Under the pieces are notes generated by a model. That model was not told the origin of the DNA. It saw only the letters and a program-made list of their open reading frames with translations, and ran no database searches. Source: an uncultured virus (IMG/VR IMGVR_UViG_3300046524_000568) (lineage: Duplodnaviria; Heunggongvirae; Uroviricota; Caudoviricetes). Taken from it: a stretch of 20,000 bases of DNA. Where the stretch lies: IMG/VR virus record IMGVR_UViG_3300046524_000568; one strand, 5' to 3'. Every line of letters starts with the position of its first letter. The stretch's first letter is position 1. The translations under genes were made by a program, and so were the position numbers. Shown in pieces: positions 9,405-16,480 of this stretch.

Positions 9405-9433
9405 GAGTTGCACGGGGGTTTGAAATGTATCCC

Positions 9434-9461
9434 GTATAGGAAAATCTTAGATTGATGCCAT
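9434..9461 (-). promoter_or_regulatory. Putative promoter of P3-P2: ATGGCA-17-TATACG, CTATAC box 29 nt upstream of the ATG
   Basis: Motif and spacing are shared with the other array genes. Confidence 0.5.
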
Positions 9462-9462
9462 G

Positions 9463-9493
9463 AGAAAGGGAGGCAATTTAGCCTCCCCTTTCT
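9463..9493 (-). terminator. Rho-independent terminator after P4
   Basis: AGAAAGGGAGGC-aattta-GCCTCCCCTTTCT hairpin, 15 nt past the P4 stop. Confidence 0.75.
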
Positions 9494-9508
9494 GCTGCCC
9501 GAGCGGGC

Positions 9509-11749
9509 TTACCGCACCCACATCGTGAAGTTGCAGTTGGCGATGTCGCCCGTGCAGTATTGCGAAGTGTTGTTGCCGTTGCCGAGTACGTTGATGCCGA
9601 GAGACCAGTCTCCACCAGTCCGGTTGGTCGAGAAGTACGTGTTCCACTGCCCGCCGTCGTCGGAGATGCCGTAGTAGAACGGCTGACTCAGGTTGGCCGC
9701 ACGCATGGGCGCCGTGAACGAGGTAGTCGCGTATGTGACGGTCGGCGGCGTGCCGGTCATCGCTTGCGTGAGCAGCGTGGTGTGCGAATAAGCGAAAGGC
9801 GCCACGAACCGCGTCTGGTTGATGAGCCCATCGGATTTCAGGCGATAGAGTCCGCCGTTGCGCACCAGGTTGATGGTCGCGTCGGCGAGTTTGAAGGTCA
9901 TGCCCGTCGACGCATCTGCGGCCGCAGAGCGTGTCAGATTCAGTGCGCCCGCGGTGTTCCATCCAGTGATGTTGCCGCCGAGGCCGCGCATCGCCAGTGT
10001 CCAGCCGCCGCCATCGGAGGTCATGTCGCAGTATGCATCGGTGACCGTTCCGCCAGTCTGCAAGCGGTACACCCCGTTGCCCGTCGCGCCGGAATACAGG
10101 TGCCCCGCCGTGGGATTCAGATATGCATTGCAACTCGCGGCGTACGTGTTGTCCGACCAGGCCCGATAGCCCGAGAACTGCGAGAGAATTTGCGTCACCG
10201 CAAAGGTGTAGCTCTGGGTGGCAGACTTCCCCTTGTATGCGGCCTTCACCTGCACCGGGTTCGTGCCCTTTGCACTCGGCGTGCCTGTCACGGTGCCATT
10301 GCTGTTGAGGTTCAATCCCGTGGGAAGCGCGCCGCCAGCAATCGACCAACTTACGTTGGTGCCATTTCCGGCATAGGCGTTGTCACCAGTGATACTGAGA
10401 TTTGGCTTGAGGTCCCAGCCATTTCCGCTGTTGTACGCTTGGCCAATCGTGACGCCAGGCGGCGACGAGGTCGCGCTGGACAGTGTCACCGTGATGGCGC
10501 CAACCACCACGGCATAGCCCTGCTGCCCCGTCGAGGTCTTGTATGCCGCCTGAACGGTGAACGGCGTGCTTCCATCGCTTTCAGCGCTCGGAGTGCCGGA
10601 GATGACGCCGTCTGCGCCCAGACTCAGCCCAGCGGGCAAGCTGCCACTCGCAACACTCCATGTCACACCTGTGCCTGCGTATGCCGCGTCGCCGGTAATG
10701 GCCAGCTTCGGCTTCAGGTCGTAGCTGTACGGGGCGCCTTGCACGCCAGCGGGAAGCGCCGCGCCGTTGAGCGTGACCACGATAGCTCCGACGACAACCT
10801 GGTAGGCCTGCTGCCCCGCCTTTGTCTTGTACGAGGCCTGAACGGTAAACGGAGTGCCGGTGTTTGCAGCCGTTGGCGTGCCGGAGATAACGCCATCCGC
10901 GACCAGGCTCAGGCCTGCGGGCAAGCTGCCACTCGCAACACTCCACGTGATGCCCTGGCCTGTGTACGCAGCGTCTCCTGTGATGGCGAGTTTCGGCTTC
11001 AGGTCATAGCTGTATGCAGCTCCTTGAATGCCTGCGGGAAGGGCTGCGCCGCTGAGGGTAACCACAATGGCGCCGACGACAACCTGGTAGGCCTGCTGCC
11101 CCGCCTTCGTCTTGTACGAAGCCTGGACGGTAAATGGTGTGCCGGTGTTTTCAGCCGTAGGCGTGCCGGAGATAACGCCATCCGCGCCTAGGCTCAGGCC
11201 TGCAGGCAAGCTGCCACTCGCAACACTCCATGTGATGCCCTGGCCCGTGTACGCAGCGTCGCCCGTGATGGCGAGTTTCGGCTTCAAGTCATAGCTGTAT
11301 GCAGCTCCTTGAATGCCCGCAGGCAGACTTGCCGAAGCGAGCGACACAACCAGATTGTTGACCGTCACCGCGTAGTTCTGTTGCCCGGCCTTGGTCTTGT
11401 AGGCCGCCATCACCCCAAAGTTCGAGGTGCCCGCCACCGTGGGAGTGCCCGTCAGTTGACCGCCAGAACTGAGCGACAGACCTGCCGGCAGCGCGCCCGT
11501 TGACACGGACCAACGCACGTTTGAAGGCGTGAAGTTCGGGTCGCCTTTGACTTGCAGCACTGAGTTGAAATCGAACCCGGCGTATGCGTCGCCCGCGACA
11601 GCGTTCGGCAGACCATACGAGCTCAGCGTGACGAGAATGTTACCCGTGGTGGCCGAGCGGTTCGGCACGGGAACCACAACGAAGTAGTCTGATGCCATCG
11701 CGGAAACAGAGGCTGCGGCGATGAGCGCAGCAAGAATAGTTTTTTTCAT
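9509..11749 (-). CDS. P4: secreted Ig-repeat (5) + fibrinogen-like neck + head type C
   Basis: Signal peptide and SDYFVVVPVPNR. Five Ig-like repeats. YCDMTSDGGGWTLAMR. Ends NCNFTMWVR. Starts 13 nt after the P5 stop. Confidence 0.9.
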   Translation of the reverse strand: MKKTILAALIAAASVSAMASDYFVVVPVPNRSATTGNILVTLSSYGLPNAVAGDAYAGFDFNSVLQVKGDPNFTPSNVRWSVSTGALPAGLSLSSGGQLTGTPTVAGTSNFGVMAAYKTKAGQQNYAVTVNNLVVSLASASLPAGIQGAAYSYDLKPKLAITGDAAYTGQGITWSVASGSLPAGLSLGADGVISGTPTAENTGTPFTVQASYKTKAGQQAYQVVVGAIVVTLSGAALPAGIQGAAYSYDLKPKLAITGDAAYTGQGITWSVASGSLPAGLSLVADGVISGTPTAANTGTPFTVQASYKTKAGQQAYQVVVGAIVVTLNGAALPAGVQGAPYSYDLKPKLAITGDAAYAGTGVTWSVASGSLPAGLSLGADGVISGTPSAESDGSTPFTVQAAYKTSTGQQGYAVVVGAITVTLSSATSSPPGVTIGQAYNSGNGWDLKPNLSITGDNAYAGNGTNVSWSIAGGALPTGLNLNSNGTVTGTPSAKGTNPVQVKAAYKGKSATQSYTFAVTQILSQFSGYRAWSDNTYAASCNAYLNPTAGHLYSGATGNGVYRLQTGGTVTDAYCDMTSDGGGWTLAMRGLGGNITGWNTAGALNLTRSAAADASTGMTFKLADATINLVRNGGLYRLKSDGLINQTRFVAPFAYSHTTLLTQAMTGTPPTVTYATTSFTAPMRAANLSQPFYYGISDDGGQWNTYFSTNRTGGDWSLGINVLGNGNNTSQYCTGDIANCNFTMWVR
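10470..11325 (-). repeat. Three tandem ~285 bp (95 aa) Ig-domain repeats inside P4
   Basis: TCATAGCTGTATGCAGCTCCTTGAATGCC occurs at 11004 and 11289 (period 285). The proteins of the two units are nearly identical; the third unit (~10719) is slightly more diverged. Boundaries approximate. Confidence 0.85.
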
Positions 11750-11762
11750 TGTTCGCTTCGGA

Positions 11763-14294
11763 TTACCGAACCTTCAGCTCGGTTTTCACCATGGACTCGT
11801 ACTGGCCTGTCCAGGTGTTCCACTCCATACCGTCGGCATACGACGTGTGGACACCATTGAGATAGCCGCCATTCAGATTCGACTGGTGGCAGGAGTTGTA
11901 CCACCAGGCACCATGGAACGTGACCGCGCAGTTTTGCGGATACAGGTCGTGGTCGACGTCCTGAGTCGAGAACTGCATGCCGTTCTGATAGCTCAGCGAA
12001 TCACCAATTGTGCCTCCCGAATACGTCAAGGAGATGCGGTAGGCATCCGCCGCCGTAGCGACCTTGAACCCTGCGTACTTGGCATAACCCGTCGCGCCGG
12101 TATATCGCGTCAGGTCGATGCGCAAGGTGGTGGCACCCGCGGCGGTGAGCGCAGCCAGCCGGTCGTTACCCATCCAGTATTCGGTCGCCGCGCTACCAAA
12201 GCCGGCCGCGTAGGCGGCGTAGCCCTGGTAGAAGTTGACCGCGCCATTGGTGCGGCGCTGGAAGGTTGTCCATCCCCCGCCGTCGTTGGTCATGTCACAC
12301 CACACATCGAAAGACGTAAGCGGACCGGACCCGTCCACGTCGATTCGATAGATGCCATCGCCTGTTGCGCCGGTGTACGCGTATCCCGTCTTGCCGCTGA
12401 AATACTCGAGACAGCTCTTTGCGTAGGTGCCATCTGACCACGCGCGATAGCCCGTGTTTTGTGCGACACCCACGGTGTAATTAATGGTGTAGCTCTGACT
12501 CGCTGTTTGGGTCTTGTACGTAGCGGTGAGCTTCAACGGATTGGTGCCCGCAGCCGACGGTGTGCCGGTCACGGTGCCGTTGCTGTTGAGTGTAAGGCCG
12601 GTGGGCAGTGCGCCGCTCGACACCGACCAGGCTACCCCCACGCCATTTCCCGCATACGTCGCGTCGTTCGCAACCGACACATTGGGCTTGAGGTCCCAGC
12701 CGTTTCCGCTGTTGTAGGCGGCGCCGTACGACGCTGCCGGCGCCGTGCTGCCGTTGAGCGTAACCGTGATGGCGGCCACCACAATGGCATAGCCCTGCTG
12801 ACCGGACTTCGTCTTGTAGGCCGCCTGAACGACAAACGGTGTACCTGTGCTTGCGGCTGTTGGCGTGCCGCTGATGACGCCGTTTGCGCTCAAACTCAAG
12901 CCCATCGGCAGCGCGCCAGAGACAACGCTCCACGTCACACCTGAGCCCGTGTATGCTGTGTCACCCGAGACATTCAGCTGCGGCTTCAGGTCATAGCTAT
13001 AGGCCGCGCCCTGCTCGCCCGCAGGCAGCGCCGCGCCGCCTAGCGCGACCGTGATGGCCCCAACGATGATTGAATAGTTTTGCTGCCCGGTTTTCGTCTT
13101 GTAGGCTGCCTGAATCGTGAATGGCGTGCCAACGCTCGCATCCGTCGGCGTGCCGGAGATGACACCGTCCACGCTCAGGCTTAGGCCGGCCGGCAGCGTG
13201 CCCGAGGCAACGCTCCATGTAATTCCGGTGCCCGTGTACGCTGCGTCCCCCGAAACACCCAGCTTGGGCTTCAGGTCATAGCTATATGTCGAGCCCTGAA
13301 CGCCGTTGGGCAACGCGGCAGTGTTCAACACGACGGTGATTGCGCCAACAAGAATCGAATAATTTTGCTGGCCCGACTTGGACTTATAGGCAGCCTGAAC
13401 TGTGAACGACGTACCCGAGCTTTCATCGGTCGGCGTGCCCGAGATGACACCGTCGGCACCCAGACTTAATCCCGCAGGCAAGCTACCGGATGCCACGCTC
13501 CACGTGACGCCCGCGCCAGTGAAGGCAGCGTCGCCAGAGATGCCCAGCTTGGGCTTCAGGTCGTAGCTGTACGCTGTACCTTGCATGCCGTTGGGCAGCG
13601 TCGCTCTGCCAAGCACAACTGTGATAGCGCCGACGAAGACCTGATAATCCTGCTGGCCCGCGCTATTCAGATAACTCGCCTTCACCGTGAATGGAAACGT
13701 ACCTTCGGCTGTCGGGGTTCCGGTGAGCGTGCCGTCACTGTTGAGCGCGAGCCCCGCGGGCAAGGTGCCGATGCTCGACCAGGTCACCTGGCTCGGCGAG
13801 TACTGCGGGTCACCGCTCACGCTCAGCTGCGTCTTGAAGTCGTAGCTGTATGCTGCACCCTGCTGGCCCTGCGGTAGACCCGAGGTAGCGAGTGAGACAT
13901 TCACAGTGGCAACCAGGACCTGATACTGCTGCGCGCCGGCCTTATTCTTGTAGGTGGCGAGCACCGAGAAGGACGATGAGCCGCCAACCGTCGGCGTGCC
14001 GCTCAGTTTGCCGCTCGAGCTCAGCGTGAGTCCCGCCGGCAACGCGCCGGCCGACCAGTGAACCCCAGCTGCAAAAAAGGTCGGGTCGCCTTTGACCTGA
14101 AGCACCGTATTGAAGTCGAAACCACCATACGGACGGCCGGCGACGCCCGACGGCAGCGAATAGCCGCTGAGCGTTACGGTGATATTGCCCGACGTAGCCG
14201 TGCGGTTCGGCACTGGAACCACGACGTAATAGTTGGCGGCGAACGCCGGGGCAATGCTAGCCGCGAGCAGCGCCGCAAGGATGGTCTTTTTCAT
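11763..14294 (-). CDS. P5: secreted Ig-repeat (6) + complete fibrinogen C-terminal (FReD; ficolin/FIBCD1-like) domain
   Basis: Start at MKKTIL (14294) by homology. Head has VWCDMTNDGGGWTTFQRR..NF..Y..GFG..EYWMGND..LRIDL..Y..F.V..Y..GDSL..NGMQFST.D.DHD..NCA..GAWWY..CH.SNLNG.Y..SYADG.EW..W.G..S..TELKVR. Confidence 0.92.
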   Translation of the reverse strand: MKKTILAALLAASIAPAFAANYYVVVPVPNRTATSGNITVTLSGYSLPSGVAGRPYGGFDFNTVLQVKGDPTFFAAGVHWSAGALPAGLTLSSSGKLSGTPTVGGSSSFSVLATYKNKAGAQQYQVLVATVNVSLATSGLPQGQQGAAYSYDFKTQLSVSGDPQYSPSQVTWSSIGTLPAGLALNSDGTLTGTPTAEGTFPFTVKASYLNSAGQQDYQVFVGAITVVLGRATLPNGMQGTAYSYDLKPKLGISGDAAFTGAGVTWSVASGSLPAGLSLGADGVISGTPTDESSGTSFTVQAAYKSKSGQQNYSILVGAITVVLNTAALPNGVQGSTYSYDLKPKLGVSGDAAYTGTGITWSVASGTLPAGLSLSVDGVISGTPTDASVGTPFTIQAAYKTKTGQQNYSIIVGAITVALGGAALPAGEQGAAYSYDLKPQLNVSGDTAYTGSGVTWSVVSGALPMGLSLSANGVISGTPTAASTGTPFVVQAAYKTKSGQQGYAIVVAAITVTLNGSTAPAASYGAAYNSGNGWDLKPNVSVANDATYAGNGVGVAWSVSSGALPTGLTLNSNGTVTGTPSAAGTNPLKLTATYKTQTASQSYTINYTVGVAQNTGYRAWSDGTYAKSCLEYFSGKTGYAYTGATGDGIYRIDVDGSGPLTSFDVWCDMTNDGGGWTTFQRRTNGAVNFYQGYAAYAAGFGSAATEYWMGNDRLAALTAAGATTLRIDLTRYTGATGYAKYAGFKVATAADAYRISLTYSGGTIGDSLSYQNGMQFSTQDVDHDLYPQNCAVTFHGAWWYNSCHQSNLNGGYLNGVHTSYADGMEWNTWTGQYESMVKTELKVR

Positions 14295-14324
14295 GGAGGT
14301 GATGCCGAAAAATAGTATTCTTTG

Positions 14325-14365
14325 GTATAGCGTTATATTACCATTTTGCCAATTTTGTAATTGGC
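14325..14365 (-). promoter_or_regulatory. Putative promoter of P5-P4 (TTGGCA-17-TATACC) with a GCCAATT-N4-AATTGGC palindrome over the -35
   Basis: CTATAC at 14325-14330, 30 nt upstream of the ATG. Perfect 7-bp inverted repeat at 14348-14365. Confidence 0.6.
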
Positions 14366-14382
14366 TCATCCTCGACACGAAT

Positions 14383-14408
14383 AAAAAATAGAGGCCCCGA
14401 GGGGCCTC
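14383..14408 (-). terminator. Rho-independent terminator after P6
   Basis: GAGGCCCC-ga-GGGGCCTC, followed on the minus strand by TATTTTTT. Confidence 0.8.
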
Positions 14409-14421
14409 CCTTGCCAGAGCA

Positions 14422-16152
14422 TCACTTAGCCCAGAGATACAGCGTTGCAGGCTGCCAGGCGCCCTTGTTGTTGTTCATCCATGTCGAACCGTATGCGTCG
14501 CCATACGCTCCCAATCCACCGCAGGCGTCATGACTACCCGGCGCGGCGCCCGCCGCATCCTGATTGGCGGCCCAGCCCCAGCGAGCGCCACAACGGATTG
14601 CGGTCGGAAACGGACTCCAGATTTCCCCGAAATTGATGCCGAAGCGTGCCGCGTTGATGACATCGCCCAAGGGCATCGTGCTCGCGTGGATATACCAGCT
14701 CGGCCCCGCCGCTTGCGGCACGCCAGCATCGTCACTGTACGTCACGCGTGTGCTATTGCTGAATGCTGCGAGTGCCGTCGACGCGGCGCGGTTATAGACC
14801 TGGCGCGTGCTTTCGTTGGCCGCTTCGAGCCGGTATTGCGTCACCGGCAACGTGGAGAACGCACGAGATACGAGGTTTCCGTTGTTCTTGTTCAGGTTCG
14901 CCGGGGTGTCATTGAGTGTCGTGCCGCTCGTCCAGTAGGTCGAGTCGCCCTGAAGCGTGGCGCCGTCTCCCGCCGCCTGCTTCATCAGGAGCATCCAGCC
15001 ACCGCCTTCGGTCGTCATGTCGCAGTAGACGTCCATCGGCGAGCCGGTCGGGTTAATCCGGTAAACCCCGCTGCCCGTTGCGCCCGCGTACTGGTATGAA
15101 CCGCTCGGAGCGAGGTACGCCGCGCAGGTCGACGCATAGGTACCGTCAGACCAGGTCCGGTATCCGCCGAAGTCCTTGAGATTGGCGGTCACCGACATGC
15201 TGTAGTTTGCCGGCGAAGTGGTCTTGGCCTTGTAGCCGGCGGAGACCGCAACGCTCGCCGAGCCGACCTTCGTGGGCGTGCCGGTGATGCGACCATCGGT
15301 GCTTAGTGCGAGTCCCGCAGGAAGCGTTCCTATCAGATTCCAGGTCACATTCGAGCCATCCCCTGAGTAGGCTGCGTCCCCTGAAACAGTCAGGTTCTGC
15401 TTCAGGTCGTAGGCCATCGCCGTGCCCGCGGTCAGCGCCGGGACCGTGGCGCCACTCAGACTCACCGTGATAGCGCCTACAATAACCTGATAGTTTGCCT
15501 GCCCCGTCTTCGAGAGGTAGGCGGCGCGGACAGTGAACGGAAAGGTCCCCTCGGCATTTGGGATGCCCGTAATCGTGCCATTCGAGTTGAGTTGAAGACC
15601 CGCCGGAAGCGAGCCGCTCGCAAGTGCCCAGGAAACCTGCGCCGGCGTGTATTGCGCATCACCCGTCACATTCAGACGGGACTTGAGGTCATAGGTGTAT
15701 TGCGCACCCTGCACGCCGGCCGGCATCGCGGAATCGGCTGCCAGGACAACGCTGACGTCGCTGACGAGGACCTGATAGGCCTGCTCTCCAGCCTTCGTCT
15801 TGTACGCCGCCATCACCTGGAAGCTCGATGTTGCAGCCGCAGTCGGAAAACCGGTAAGCTTGCCGTCTGCACTCAGGGTCAGACCTGCGGGCAGCGCGCC
15901 AGCTACCACCGACCAGCGTACGCTGCTCGCGCTGTAACCAGGGTCGCCGAGCACCTGAAGCACGGAATTGAAATCGAATCCGGCGTACGCACGGCCGATA
16001 ACGCCCGTCGGCAACGAGTAGCCGTTGAGCGTTACCAGGATGTTGCCGGCGGTCGCCGAGCGATTCGGCACCGGCACCACGACGAAATAGTCGGACGCAA
16101 GCGCAGACATGCTGCTCACCGCCAGTAAGGCGGCGATAATGGTTTTCTTCAT
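14422..16152 (-). CDS. P6: secreted Ig-repeat (3) + fibrinogen-like neck + head type A
   Basis: Same architecture. YCDMTTEGGGWMLLMKQ. Ends GAWQPATLYLWAK, as in P2. Confidence 0.9.
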   Translation of the reverse strand: MKKTIIAALLAVSSMSALASDYFVVVPVPNRSATAGNILVTLNGYSLPTGVIGRAYAGFDFNSVLQVLGDPGYSASSVRWSVVAGALPAGLTLSADGKLTGFPTAAATSSFQVMAAYKTKAGEQAYQVLVSDVSVVLAADSAMPAGVQGAQYTYDLKSRLNVTGDAQYTPAQVSWALASGSLPAGLQLNSNGTITGIPNAEGTFPFTVRAAYLSKTGQANYQVIVGAITVSLSGATVPALTAGTAMAYDLKQNLTVSGDAAYSGDGSNVTWNLIGTLPAGLALSTDGRITGTPTKVGSASVAVSAGYKAKTTSPANYSMSVTANLKDFGGYRTWSDGTYASTCAAYLAPSGSYQYAGATGSGVYRINPTGSPMDVYCDMTTEGGGWMLLMKQAAGDGATLQGDSTYWTSGTTLNDTPANLNKNNGNLVSRAFSTLPVTQYRLEAANESTRQVYNRAASTALAAFSNSTRVTYSDDAGVPQAAGPSWYIHASTMPLGDVINAARFGINFGEIWSPFPTAIRCGARWGWAANQDAAGAAPGSHDACGGLGAYGDAYGSTWMNNNKGAWQPATLYLWAK

Positions 16153-16180
16153 CGCGGATAAACGGTTAGGATGTTCTTTG

Positions 16181-16208
16181 GTATAGCATTATATATGCTT
16201 TTTGTCGA
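16181..16208 (-). promoter_or_regulatory. Putative promoter of P6 (TCGACA-17-TATACC)
   Basis: CTATAC at 16181-16186, 28 nt upstream of the ATG. ATATAA(C/T)GCTATACCAAAGAA is shared with the P5 upstream region. Confidence 0.6.
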
Positions 16209-16423
16209 TGAACATCTTAAGACCAGCCTTGCCCCGGACTTGCGTGGCGCATTTTCAGCTCTTGGTGCTCTCCGTCAGGTGCTCGAGTCGACGAAAAGCA
16301 CCCGGAAAGACAGCGAGCGAGCTTCTTTCCGGATTTCAGCGTCATCCGTCAATACCCCAAACCGTTCGTTTTTGAGATGCGGCCGCTCAGTAGCCTCAGG
16401 CCAGTTGGGGTGAATTTCCCTGG

Positions 16424-16455
16424 GAAAAAGCGAAAGGGAGGCTAAGCCTTCCCTT
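16424..16455 (-). terminator. Rho-independent terminator after P7
   Basis: AAGGGAGGC-taa-GCCTTCCCTT hairpin with a T-run on the minus strand. Confidence 0.7.
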
Positions 16456-16480
16456 GTGCGGCGAAATTTGCGTTACCGGC

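Noticed and set aside
16245..16259. TGGCGC-N5-CAGC as a sigma-54 promoter (RtcR target)
   Set aside because: Poor -12 element, and it points away from P6, antisense to P7, with no credible downstream gene.
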